A stretch of DNA of 64,000 nucleotides, taken from NCBI GenBank assembly GCA_010093815.1, contig ML996576.1; one strand, written 5' to 3'. Each line of letters starts with the position of its first letter. Within the stretch, counting starts at the first letter, position 1. A model generated the notes under the pieces. It was not told the DNA's origin. It worked only from the letters and a program-made list of their open reading frames with translations, and searched no databases. The position numbers were made by a program, and so were the translations under genes. The DNA is from Pseudovirgaria hyperparasitica (lineage: Eukaryota). This document shows positions 1 through 11,949 of this stretch, piece after piece.

Positions 1-464
1 GGCAGTACTCTGTCACTGGATCCAAGGCCACGTCAGTACTGACCATCGTTTGGATGTTTATCTTCCAAGTCTGTTCTGCACTCTTCATCGCCACAATGCA
101 CAATCTCTATCCCGTAGAAATCCTGTCGCTTCCGCTGCGCGCAAAAGGGATGGGCCTCTATGGTCTGATTCAAGGTGCGGCAGGCGCTATTGAAGCATAC
201 GGCATCTCCATCGGGATAGCAAAGATTGGGTACAAGATCTGGACAGTATACATTGCGTACAATTTGTTTCAGCTCATAGCTGCATTCTTTGTGTTTCCGG
301 AAACGAGCAATCTGAGTCTGGAGGAGATTGATGCTGTATTTGAGACTCCAGGCGTTCACCCGGTGAAGATGAGCATGTCCATCCAAAAGGGTAGAAAAGA
401 GCGGATGAGGATGATGGAGTCTGTCCGTGGCGACGATGGCGAAGCTGCTACTGCTATACAGTAG
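1..464 (+). CDS. MFS sugar porter, lactose permease/cellodextrin transporter-like; 3' part only
   Basis: Frame is open from the window start. Sugar-porter C-terminal motifs YPVEILSLPLRAKGM and FFVFPET..LSLEEIDAVFE. Confidence 0.85.
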   Translation, partial: QYSVTGSKATSVLTIVWMFIFQVCSALFIATMHNLYPVEILSLPLRAKGMGLYGLIQGAAGAIEAYGISIGIAKIGYKIWTVYIAYNLFQLIAAFFVFPETSNLSLEEIDAVFETPGVHPVKMSMSIQKGRKERMRMMESVRGDDGEAATAIQ

Positions 465-638
465 GTTTTAGCGGGATAGGCTATGTCAGACTTCTCGGGT
501 GCGTTGTTTGCAGTCTGAGTATTGCGACTTGTATCGAAGTAGTGATATTGATCACATTCATTCGTTCTCGACCTTAGTCACGGCCCCTTATGTAGTTCTC
601 CAAGCTATCGGAATAGGAGACTGCTAACTCCGTCCATC

Positions 639-2856
639 TCAGATGATTTTAATTGTGCAGGAATGTGTCCGTCTCCTCCCTCTCTCAAGCCACTCGGTCG
701 TGTCGGACGTTTCCGCAAAGCCACGGCAGCTCTGCATGAAGGAAGCCATGCTGCGCTTCTGATCGTACCCTTTTATGGCAAGATCTGGACCAGGGTTGAT
801 CCAAAAGACACCTAGCCTGCGGTATTCGCCTTTGGACAGCGTCCTCTGCAACATAAGCCCGGCTGTGATCCATCCGCCTGGATGTATGTATGCATCGCCG
901 ACGAGAAAGAAGTACACGCCTGGAGACATTGTGTCGGTCGGACTGTCGAACTGACACGCGATTACAAACTCGCCATCGGAGTATCGGTCTGCTCTGCCGT
1001 TGAGGAAGTCGTTGCGTGGGTTCGGTAACGGGTTCACTTTCTGGTTTGTGAGCGCTCCGTCGAGGCATATGTGCCCTTTGGAAACTTGTCCGAAAGGATC
1101 GTCTGTGTCTTTTTGTGTGAAAACCTCGATGACTTCTGCCTTATACGACGGGAAGGGCGTGTCTTGCAATTCTACTACCATGTCGGGCCTGCTCTTGTTT
1201 GTGTCAGGAAAGTCCAACGTGGCGCTGATGGAAGCCCAGGACCAAGTAGGCGTCCCTGAAGCAAGTCTTCTTCTCGAGCCACCACCTCGCCATTGCAAAT
1301 ATGTTTTCCAGAGCAGTGATATAGGCAGGTCAGCCTTCCACATTCCGGCGAAATATTCCGATGCGCTACCAAACCTACGAGCTACGCCCGAGATTGCAAT
1401 CAACTTATCCTTCTCCTCGAAAGATAGAGCACATTCACTATATCGTGCCATGATCGTACGCCACGTTGAACCTGGCTCAAGCTCCGCCCGTTCCGATCTT
1501 CGATCAGCCTTGATATCACTCTGTAGCATCCAAGGGGTGTGTGACACGCTGGACACGGGAGCCTGCGGTATGAAGGTGATGTGCTCGCTGTGGGACAAGT
1601 CATGCTCAGGATACTGTTCACATGCTCTCGAAGAACGACATTGCCAGTAAAGCTGATCTTGATCGAAATACAAGATGCGAGGAGCCAGTGCGAGCTCCTG
1701 AACGACCCAGCCACGTCGAATTATCGGTCCTTCAGCTACTTTACGACTCCAGATGTCTGCTGTGATGCAGAAGAATGCCGACGTAACCCCTGAACTTTCC
1801 ATGACGTTGACATAACAAGGTTCGATGGCAAGTGTGTTTCGGGTGGTGAATAGACTGTGTTCATAGCTATCGCTGTTGTTTGCTGCAATATTACACAGCG
1901 CATTCCGGTAAAAGTCTCCCATATAGACCGATTCCGCTGCCCAGTCTGACGCGGAGTCTTGCATGATACAGAGACAATCTATCCATATGTACCTATAGCC
2001 AAGCTTCTTTACACATGCCATTGTTTCCCTGAACTTCAGAGATATGAAATGCAGTGGAAGCTGTTGTAAATACTCCTGCAGATTCGAACTCAAGAGACGT
2101 GAGGGAATTAAGCCGCCCCAGCAATGTGACATGGTAAAATAAGGCGTCTGGGGATCGAGATTTTGGGTTGCGCATAGCCGTGGAAATATGCCCTCCTCAG
2201 AGTCTCCAATATCGATGAGCCGTGATGGCAGTCTCCGAAACGGACTGGCAAGATCACACCTTGAATGGCCATCCAAACATTGCGAGAGCCATCGTCTGGC
2301 TATGCTCCATGTCGTGTCGTTATCTGTATGAGATGACATAGGCCACACACCGGGTCCGAGTGATGGTACTAAAAAGAGTCAGCAATATCCCTCATCGAAC
2401 CAGCCACAAAAACGTACATGTGGTTCTGAGAAACAGAAACGGAGTGAAAGATTTGATCTTCAGCGCTCGCCAACAATCACTTCTCCACCGAAACGTCATC
2501 GCTACATGACCGTCGTCTTCATAGTATCTTGTCGTGATATGAGCGCGCTTTCGTCGATGCACATCCAGTAAGTCTTTCGCGACCGTGTCAAACTGTCCCA
2601 TGAAGATGCTGCACAGTCTACAACCCTGCAACGCACCTTCTCGGATGTCTGCTATGGTTCTGGATGTTCGCAGCCTTGCATCTATTCTCAGTGCTTCTGT
2701 GGAAAGCACACCTGATAGATGCTGGCAGTCAGCACATACTTGTTCGGCAGAATAACTCTCATGAGCATCGCGTATTACGACTGTGGCAGTGGTTACTTGA
2801 GGCGGTATCTGATGTGACAGTACATAGTGAATGTGACTAATTCCGTCACCAGTCAT
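639..2856 (-). CDS. HET-domain (heterokaryon incompatibility) protein, 2 exons
   Basis: HET motifs LPSRLIDI, YFTMSHCWG, YIWIDCLCIMQD, MGDFYRNA..NIAA, RGWVVQE, PTWSWAS. Intron 2369-2417 (GTACGT..CTGAC..TAG) joins ORF 2392-2856 in frame to ORF 639-2348. Confidence 0.88.
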
Positions 2857-3244
2857 GCTAAACTGTATGACAATTGATCTCGATAAGTCAGCGCAACGGA
2901 GACGCCCTTCGCCTGACTGCCAGATAAATTTTGCAGCTGTGTCACGTCTTTGGTGATTCGAATGACGAGCATGACGAACACAAACGTCGTAGTTGAGTGC
3001 CAGTGACTTCTCGAATAGTTATAGGCTAGAGACGTAATGAGTTATGAATGACATCCAGCAACGTGAACATATTGCGATGAACTGCAAGGACTCTGGGAGA
3101 GGTGGCATTAGGCGCGGCCCCCACATAATTCAAGGCAACAAGGCACAAACATAAAGAAGCGTTCTAGTTTTTTGTTGTTTCGTTTCATCATACTTTCGAA
3201 AACTATGTTCTATATCAAGCGTCATATACAGTGAAATAATTCTT

Positions 3245-5054
3245 TCATGCATCTGCACGCTTCTCCCTAGACTCTGATGGAATTCTTTCCAACGTCTCAA
3301 TCTCAGGCACTTTTTCGTCCATGCCGTAGACCTCAGCAGTGCTTCCAATGCCCTGGGTCATTTGAGCGCCCTTGCGGCCGATGAGGTACCATGGGAGTGA
3401 GAACATAGCGTCCATGGCTTCGAGACTCTTGCCTTGGGTCTCCGGTAAGAAGAAGTACACCCAGATCAGGCCAATACAAGTGATGGCGGCGAAGAAAAAC
3501 ATGGTTCCACCAGTTGTCAGACCGGTGAACATGCTTGGCACAGCCTTGGAGTTACCGTATTGGTTTGCGAAATGCACAGTCATGGCGAGTGAGCCACCGA
3601 TGGCACGCAGGCGTAGAGGGTAGATCTCCGAGTTAATCAGGTATTGGATGCTGTTCCAGCCCATAGCCCATCCGAAACCGCTCAGGTATATCATGACAAT
3701 GGCTCCAATAGCAGCCCGTTTTTGTGATGGACTCTGAGGAATACTTTCGTCATCCACAGTTGTGTCGATGACGAGGAAGAGTGCCATGTATAGCATTGCA
3801 AAGGCCTGGAGCGAAATACCAGTGTATAATGCGCGCTTGCGGCCGATCCAGTCGATCAGGAAGAAGGCGCAGAGCATGGCAGATACGAACTTGACAACGC
3901 CAAAAATGGCGGTGGCGAATAGCTTCTCTTCTGTGCCAGTCTGTCCAACCATTTCAAAGTACTCGGGGGCGTATATCGTGATGCTGTTTGCGCCAGACCA
4001 TTGGCCAAGCAGTTGCGACATGACGGAGAGCATAACACGGTACCGGTTGGCAGGGATTAGAAAAAGCTCTTTGACGTATCCCATCCATCCAAGACCTAGA
4101 GTAGCCTCGCGTTCACGATTCAGTTGGTCGTTGATGTCAATGATCTCGGTCTGGACGTAGGGGTGCTCGATTGGCAGATTCCGGAGGGTTGACATCTCTT
4201 TGGCTGCTTCTTCGTGTCTTCCCACCTTGATGAGCCATCGAGGCGATTCTTTTGCGAACCAGCTAGCAGTGAAGATGATGAATGCAAAGTAGATGTGGAG
4301 TAGATTGCAGTTCACCCACTGGAAAGAGCTTGTTTTGGCGATGTGCAGGCTACTGCCATATGCAGCAAAATAGCCACTATATTCAGGTTAGATGTGAGCG
4401 TGTTCGTTGCGTATGTTATGACCTACAGCATAATACCTAGGTACACGTTTCCGGAGAAGATACAGACACACAGGCCACGGATGGCTCTTGGGGCTGTCTC
4501 TGCGAGATATGTTGGCTAGTGACGAGTCAATGTGTGCCAGACCAGTATAGGAAGCTGAGACTCACAGCAACGACAGTAGTCTGCCCTATGCCGATGCCAG
4601 CGATGAAACGACCAGCATAAATCATTCCCAGACTTCCGTGGGCGGCAGCTCCTAGATAAATGGCGATACCGGACACCCAGACGACACATAACTCACGAGT
4701 TGCCCAAAGACGGCCAATCTTGTCTGTGATGTAGAAGCCGATGAGAGCACCAAGGATGGAGCCGAGCTGGACCATACTCGTGATATTGGAGAGTCTATTG
4801 TCCTGTTCAGCTTCGCTCAAGGCAGGATCCTTGAGACGGAACTGATTGGAGAACGATGGTAGGGTGGCGGTAGTTCCAATGAGACCTACGCAAAGTTAGA
4901 GGGGGCATGACAAGTGGAAGATGACGAAATAAATCCTACCTTCATCAAGACCACGAGCAGCACCCATCATGCCGAAGACAAATACTCCATACCACATGCG
5001 CCAATTGAGCACCTCCTTCGGGGTATCGCCCATATTCTTCTTGTGGTGGAACAT
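3245..5054 (-). CDS. MFS sugar porter, quinate permease-like; multi-exon
   Basis: Exons give MFHHKKNMGDTPKEVLNWR..GLDEG, DKIGR, GRFIAGIGIG, ESPRWL, QWSGANSITIYAP, DWIGRK, SEIYPLRLR and PETQGKSLE. Three short GT-AG introns lie between about 4380 and 4940. Confidence 0.9.
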
Positions 5055-7917
5055 GGTGAATGGTCCGCAGGAGAAATGTTGAAGGATGGAAAGAATCAAG
5101 ATCAGGTAGTTAGGATCCGACAAGGCAAGTCGAACGGGATTCGAAAAAAGTGCAGCATGACGGGAAGGGCCCAGGGGATATATATGGTGTCGCAGCTGAT
5201 ACGATTGGATGTTCAACAGATAGAGCGGGGATAAGATCAAGCATGTCTACGGCCGCCATTAGGGAGCGGCTGGGCAAAGGGAAACAAGCCGCCAGTCCAG
5301 TGAATCAAGCCCTAAGCCCAGAGAAGTAGTAGAGGGGTTACGTTACAGGGTCCCAGGATAGTGGTGGTGCAGAAGTGCAGAGTGCAGAGAACCGGGCATC
5401 TATCTCATCGCTGGGAATGAATTGCTGGGCTGGCTGGGTTGACTCCACCTCCACCTGTTGCGCCCCACCGTCCCCGGCCGAGCGTCTGATAGTGCTGATG
5501 CTTGGTGTTGATGCTGGTGCTGCTGGTACTGGTGCTGGTGCTATTATGATACTGTGATCCTGGTCTGGTAGCTAGTTGGACCTAGCTGGTCACTGCACTG
5601 CGGAATGTCGGATATTCCAGTAATGGAGGGCCTCATGTCGGTCTGTTCACCTGTAAGAATGCACCTCTGTGGCCATGCATCACAGACGCTTGTGCATGTG
5701 CAGAAATCAGCATCGTCTCTTTCGTGCCCTGCTGTTGTCGGACAAGTCTTTGCCTTGTCCCGTGGCAACGAATCGGAAGTGAGGAGCTCTACGGGGGATA
5801 TACTGAGCATTGAATCTGCGGAGGTCCAACATACGAGTAACAAGACCAAGGTATGTTGTAGTGTTGTCGTAGTGTTGTGTGCCCACTTAGGCCCACTGCC
5901 GGTCCACCGCCCAGCATTCATCGACATGCGAAGCTTTGGGGAACACGTTGGCGCTGGCGGGCAATGTTGCAATGAAGCGACAGCCAAGCACGCCAAACAC
6001 GCCAAACACGCCAAATACCTGGGCATGATTCTTCTATCCCGGTTCCGTCACGCGACGCCCTCGCCCTCGTCCTCACTGTCTCGAGTCGTCGTGTTGACCC
6101 AATGACATCTGTGGCTCATTGTCTCGTTGGCTCCTTATTTCCTTGTCTCCTAATGCTCGGCCAATTCTTCTGGCTCCGATACATTCAAGTTCCTTGTGCA
6201 ATTGCGCCGCAACTTGATATCCAGGCATGCACTCTAACACATCGCAAACTGCAGACACAGTTACACGCCGCAATCCCAGCACCGGCACTTCTCTCCACAT
6301 GGTCCCGATTTTCCCCATGTGCACGGAGCCTTACTCCGCGATGCTGAGGGTTGTCTGACCAATCATAGCAAGCTCTAATCCAAGCCTGGTCCGTGGCCGG
6401 GCTGCCGTGTGCCGGGTTCCTCTATCAGGCGCATCTTTGCGCGAATCCAGCCATCTTTATTCAGCTACATACCAGTGTTGTTGCTTACAAGATCTAATCA
6501 ACGCGGAACTAGATATCATAGGTCCGTTCTCCAAATCAACACTGTTACAACCAACCAGATGATGGTACCTACCGCGTGCAGAATGTCTTTCTCATAGGAT
6601 ACGCAGTGAGTCTATTGCGTAATCAGAGAGCCATGACGTTAGACCTTCCGTATTTCCTCCGATGCTACGCCGCCCAACAAGTCTGATCATTCCGCTTTCA
6701 CCGCGGGGAACTTTACTAATTACCCTACAGAACTAAGCCACAAATCCACATCTATCGACGGAGGCCACGGAGAGAAGACCGCCCCTGTCATGTTTCGTTG
6801 AAACAGCCGCTCCACGACACCTGACGATTGGCGAGTCAAGCTATTCGGCCCGCTTCGTCTTACGTTCAAGTAAGTTCTGACTGGCGGCCTTCGTACCTTT
6901 GCAAACTAGAATTTTGTTCTATGTGACTTGCTGAACTGCTACTGCTTGCTTGCACACATCCTAGTTGGAAGGCCCAGTCCCGCCTTCAAATGAGAAGTAG
7001 ACAAGAGATGGCGAATGTAGAACACGAACAGTGAGGACCGATTTGGCCTCGGCATCAATTCAGTCACATACGATGCTGTTCATCAAATATGCATTGGTGC
7101 TTACGATTATCAACCAACGCAAACAGCAACCAGACCCACTGATTTCTAGCGCTGACTAAACAGCTCAACGTTGACAGCTCTTCCTGCAAGCGTTTAATAG
7201 TGCCATGGCCAAGCTGATCCGTCAAAGGATAGACATGCTGACTTACATCTGGATAAATCTTTACAAATACTGATCGAAGGCTCGACATACCATTCTTGAT
7301 GATGGCATCATTCTAGGTAGCCATGAGACTCAGACTACAAGCTTGGCCTCCAACACTGTCCCATTCATAATGCACGCACCTTAACCTCTCACCTGCTTAC
7401 ACTATTTAGGTTTGAACAGTGTGATTCACCGGAACGCTCAACATGCTAGAGTGTTGAGCTGGAAAAGAGCACCGGATATGAAGCACGAAGGGAAGACAAC
7501 CTTTCTGATCTTGGAGAAGGTATACACAGGCTTCGGGGTCACGCGAGTCCGAACCCTAGGTTGCACCTCATGAACAAAAGGAGATTGTATCAATACTAAG
7601 TGAGCAGTGTTTTTGGTTTGTGGAAGAGCTACGTCTAGAACCTTGCATAGCGCAATAGACTGTGTTCACAGCTTACGGCTTCCTATGTCATCATGTATCC
7701 TGTAGAGTCTGTCATATTGTTCAGGACCATGACTGGGTTTGAGTAAACAAGACTATTCACTTTCTATCACCACCGTCACTAGCGCCTCGTCTACTCTGAC
7801 AGGAGGACCGTGCGCACGCGCTGGAACGAAACGCGACGAGACCACCTCCAGCTTCAGGAACGTCAACGCCAGCATCAACTTATCTTTCTCTTCCTCGCAA
7901 AACACATCCAATTCAAC

Positions 7918-9189
7918 ATGGCCAAGACGCGAAAAATCTCAAAGACTTCCCTGAAGAGCGCAGAACCTCCTCCTAAGAGGGCAGGCAGGCCTCGTAAAGC
8001 TACGGTGGCTATCGAGAAAGCATCAACGGCTGAGCCGCCCGTGAGGAGATCTACGCGCGCCAGGAGTGCGGCTGCCCCAGCGAACAAATCACTATCTCCA
8101 CCGCCTCCATTGCCTCAACCACCAAGACCTTCGAGCAGGAAACGCAAGGCCGACGAGAGCATAGAGCCTCCGGTTCTCAAGAAAGCACGTGGCCGACCGA
8201 AAGTCACGAGTGCGAAGCCTGTCAGCAAACCCAAACGTGGTGACACTGCTGTGCAAAAGTCCACCACTAAAGCACGCGCCATCGCAACGAAGCCAGCCGC
8301 CAAAGAAGCAGCTGCTCCAGAACGCGATCATGACAGAGAAACTGCATTTTGGCTCATGAAAGCTGAGCCGGACTCCCGCATTGTCAAAGGCCAAGATGTC
8401 GCGTTCTCCGTTGATGACCTTGCCAATTGTGAACACCCGGAGTCGTGGGACGGGGTCCGCAACCGTGAAGCACGAAACAACATGCAGAAGATGAAGAAGG
8501 GCGACAAAGCGTTCTTCTACCATTCGAATACTCGCAATCCCGGGATTGTAGGCGTCATGGTGATCGTTGAGGAAGCTGGAGTTGACTGTAAATGCCAAGA
8601 ACATGTTGTTGAAGAGCCATGCTAATATCTATGACCAGCGTCTGCGTTCGACAAGGAACATCCGTATTATGACGCAAAGTCGAACCCGCAAAGCCCGACC
8701 TGGTACTGCGTTAAGGTTGCCCTTGAGGAGAAACTTAAGTCTCTGGTCTCTCTCGACATGCTCAAAGCGCACCGGACCGGCGCTCTCTCAAGCATGGAAG
8801 CTCTCACAAAGACGCGCCTCAGCGTACAGAAAGTCTCACCAGCAGAGTGGGAATTTGTCCTATCTCTCGCGAAAGACGCCGCCGCTGCCGCTGCTGCAGA
8901 GCACGAAGCCGACCTGGAGAACGCAGTTGAATCGATGAGCGATCTGGAAGAGCTCACGGGCGAGGAGGCCGCGGAGCTACCGCAGGTATCAAATGGAGAT
9001 CTGCAGGCGGAGTTGGCCACTGCAGACCGCATGCTTGCTGCTGCGGACGAGACTGTTGATAACTCCGAGCAGCACGGCGTAACGCAGTTCTCCGTCAACG
9101 CCATATCTGCATCGGCGCTCCTCGAGCCGCACACCTACCTTGCGACTGAGGAGAGGGAAGAATTCACTTCTATCAACCTGCTCGTTTGA
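7918..9189 (+). CDS. EVE-domain (THYN1/DUF55-like) protein with basic AT-hook-like N-terminus
   Basis: [31 protein letters not shown], then HPYYDAKS..W and [10 protein letters not shown] after intron 8588-8638. GRP motifs in the N-terminus. Confidence 0.88.
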
Positions 9190-9399
9190 TGAGACGCAGT
9201 TGCGCAACGCCATTCTTGTCCTCGCCAGCTTATATACCTACGGTTCGAGATGATTCTTTCCCTGACTCTCCGCGCTCTCGGACTCTTCGGCATCAGCTAG
9301 AGCATATCACGAAACGGCTGCAAGGAGAACAGGTCTCACTAGAACCGAGTAAAGTCGCTGGAAAACGAGACGGAACTATTACGTCCTACATATGAACAT

Positions 9400-9990
9400 C
9401 CTGTCCCAACTAGCGCTCCGAGTAGAATCTCAAAAAGAAGAGAGTCGGACTCTTTATTCCCTTCAGAACCAACCCTATAAATTCTCCCACCATAGTGAAA
9501 TACCCAGCCACACCCAGGTTCAATAACCTTAACCACTCCTATAGCTTAAGAAAGTACCCACCGTTTATTTAAAGTTGAAAGAATAGAGTCTTCTTATTCA
9601 TATTCTCCTAGTCGTTAGTCTTGGGAAAACGTTAGGTATGTCTTGTATTATTAGGGTGTTTTTTGGGAGATTTGTTGGGGGTAGTCTAAGATTAAGACTA
9701 CTCAATGTTTCTAGCATGTTCTGAGCATTAGTCTACTAAGCGATAATAAGTAGTAGTTCAAGGTCTTCAAAGGCGGTGTCGCGATGTAGTACCGCAGTGT
9801 AATTCTCAATCGTCGGCGCTAAAAATAAGCCTGGGATACTTAGTTCTAATAACTGCTCAGCTGGATGGCTCAGGATGATCCGCCTCCCACTCTGACGACA
9901 CACAGTTGTCTGAGGACGCGTCATGCTGTTACTTAGTATCTGCATGTCATAATTAAATCTTGGTATAATAAGAGCTCGAGAGCTTTTCAT
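9400..9990. other. AT/TpA-rich degenerate segment, possible RIP relic
   Basis: Visibly AT-richer than the flanking genes, rich in TA/TAG/CTA, with no credible ORF. Confidence 0.35.
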
Positions 9991-10063
9991 ACAGATATAT
10001 CACTCGCAAGGTTTCGAAGTTTAAGTCGTGCGAATTTGAATCCATAGCTGGGCGAAGTCGACA

Positions 10064-11749
10064 ATGGCTTCTCCGTTACAACCACCATTTCCGACGCACG
10101 GCGGTCCGATCACACCGGAACTGGATGCATATGCCGAAGAAGTAATCAGCAAGCTCCATTGCGCCGGCCTGTCGGTATCATGGAGCGACGACAACGGAAC
10201 AGTAGCAACCGTAAGTCAATCCTCCCCCCTTGGCACCCCTATACTCCAACACCACACCCTCCAATCCAAGCAAAAGCATCTAACACCACCTCAGGGCTAC
10301 GGCTACGCCCAATTCCCCACCAGCAAAGCCGACGCAAACACCGTATACGCCACCGCCAGCACAACAAAGTCCTTCACCGCAATGAGCGCCCTCCGCCTAA
10401 TCCAAGACTCGCAACACACGCCCAACCCCTACTCCCTCCACACAACCCTCAAATCCGTCCTAGGCGACGACTTCGAGCTCCGGGACAAGCACCTCGCGCA
10501 GCACATCACCCTGCTCGACGCCCTGACCCACACCTCCGGCATGCCGAACCACGACAGCGCAATCGCCGCATCCTCAACCCCGCGCGCAGAGACACGCCGG
10601 CTCCGCTACTTACCCCCGTTCGCGCCCGGCGCCCGCGGCACTCGCTTCGCGTACAACAACCAGATGTACGTCGCCGTGTCGCATTTCCTGGAGACGGCCA
10701 CGGCGACGCCGCTGGGCGAGTACATGCGCGCCAAGATCTGGCAGCCGCTGGGCATGCGCGCGACGTTCTACAGCGTTGACGAGGCGCTTGCGGCGGAAGC
10801 AGGGGGCGAGGGGGGCGCCGTTGCGCGGCCGTATTTCTGGAATGAGGAGACGCGGGGGTTTGAGGAGCAGCGGTTTGAGCGCAACGCGGCGAATGCGGGC
10901 GACGGGGCGATTATTTCTAGTGTGGCGGACTATGCGCTGTATCTGCGCGCGATGCTGGCGGAGGATCCGAGATTGCTGGATAAGGAGGGCTTCGCGGAGC
11001 TGCGGAGGCCGCGGGTGCGGACGAGCTATGGGAGGGAGGAGTATGCTTTGGGCTGGGAGGTGAGCAGGTACCGCGGGGTGACGATTATCGGGCATGACGG
11101 GGCGACGCATGGGTTCAATTCGCGGATGCTGTATGTGCCGGAGCGGAACTGGACGTTGGCGTTGATGGGGAATGTGGAGGAGAGAGCGTCGGGGGCGATT
11201 CATGCTATTGCGTACCGGACTCTGGATGACATGCTTGGGGTTCCGCGGGAAGGACGCATGGATCGGGTTCAGAAGTGGTTTGCGATTGGTGATCAGGATG
11301 AGCGCGAGTGGCGACAGGCGCGGAAAAAGTGGTTTCCAAAAGCAGCGGAGGGGAATGCGGCGGCAGGGCATTCGCTGGGATTGGAGGCGTATGCAGGGCG
11401 TTATACACATCCCGGGTATGGTGTGTTGACATTCGAGGTTGTCGACTCGCCGGATTGGTGGCTACGCGCACCGGAAAAGGTACTGCGCGCGGAAGTATAT
11501 GATAAAGAGTTCGCGCATGTGTTGACGTTGGAGCACGTTGCTGGCGAAGACTTTGTTGCACGTTGGACGTCGCCGCCGTTCCAGCGATGCTATGATGTTA
11601 TGCACTTCAAAGCTGGCTTTAAGATCCAGGGAGGCCAGGTGAAAGCATTCGGCATCCAATACGCTGAGGAGCTGAAGGATCTGATATGGTTTGAGAGTGA
11701 ACATGTAAATGATATAGTAGAGAAGACGGGCAACCTACAATTAACGTAG
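10064..11749 (+). CDS. Beta-lactamase/AmpC-family serine hydrolase with DUF3471-like C-terminal domain
   Basis: SxxK (ASTTK), LTHTSG, YxN (YNN), HDG triad and C-terminal YAGRYTHPGYG. Probable 84-nt in-frame intron 10211-10294 (GTAAGT..CTAAC..CAG). Confidence 0.9.
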   Translation: MASPLQPPFPTHGGPITPELDAYAEEVISKLHCAGLSVSWSDDNGTVATVSQSSPLGTPILQHHTLQSKQKHLTPPQGYGYAQFPTSKADANTVYATASTTKSFTAMSALRLIQDSQHTPNPYSLHTTLKSVLGDDFELRDKHLAQHITLLDALTHTSGMPNHDSAIAASSTPRAETRRLRYLPPFAPGARGTRFAYNNQMYVAVSHFLETATATPLGEYMRAKIWQPLGMRATFYSVDEALAAEAGGEGGAVARPYFWNEETRGFEEQRFERNAANAGDGAIISSVADYALYLRAMLAEDPRLLDKEGFAELRRPRVRTSYGREEYALGWEVSRYRGVTIIGHDGATHGFNSRMLYVPERNWTLALMGNVEERASGAIHAIAYRTLDDMLGVPREGRMDRVQKWFAIGDQDEREWRQARKKWFPKAAEGNAAAGHSLGLEAYAGRYTHPGYGVLTFEVVDSPDWWLRAPEKVLRAEVYDKEFAHVLTLEHVAGEDFVARWTSPPFQRCYDVMHFKAGFKIQGGQVKAFGIQYAEELKDLIWFESEHVNDIVEKTGNLQLT

Positions 11750-11949
11750 GTCAAGACCACCTAATCATTATCATCGCTATAGAACTAGGAAGCCATGGAG
11801 CGACTCTGAAGAATACAGTGGTATCTTTGTGTCCTTGTTCAGTACATCAACGGGCCTGTGATTAGAGGAAGCGGTTCTCAGATTCGAAACACGCTCCCAT
11901 CACGTCTGCTTTAATATAAGGAATCCTTTCGAACCAATTTTCGACATTG

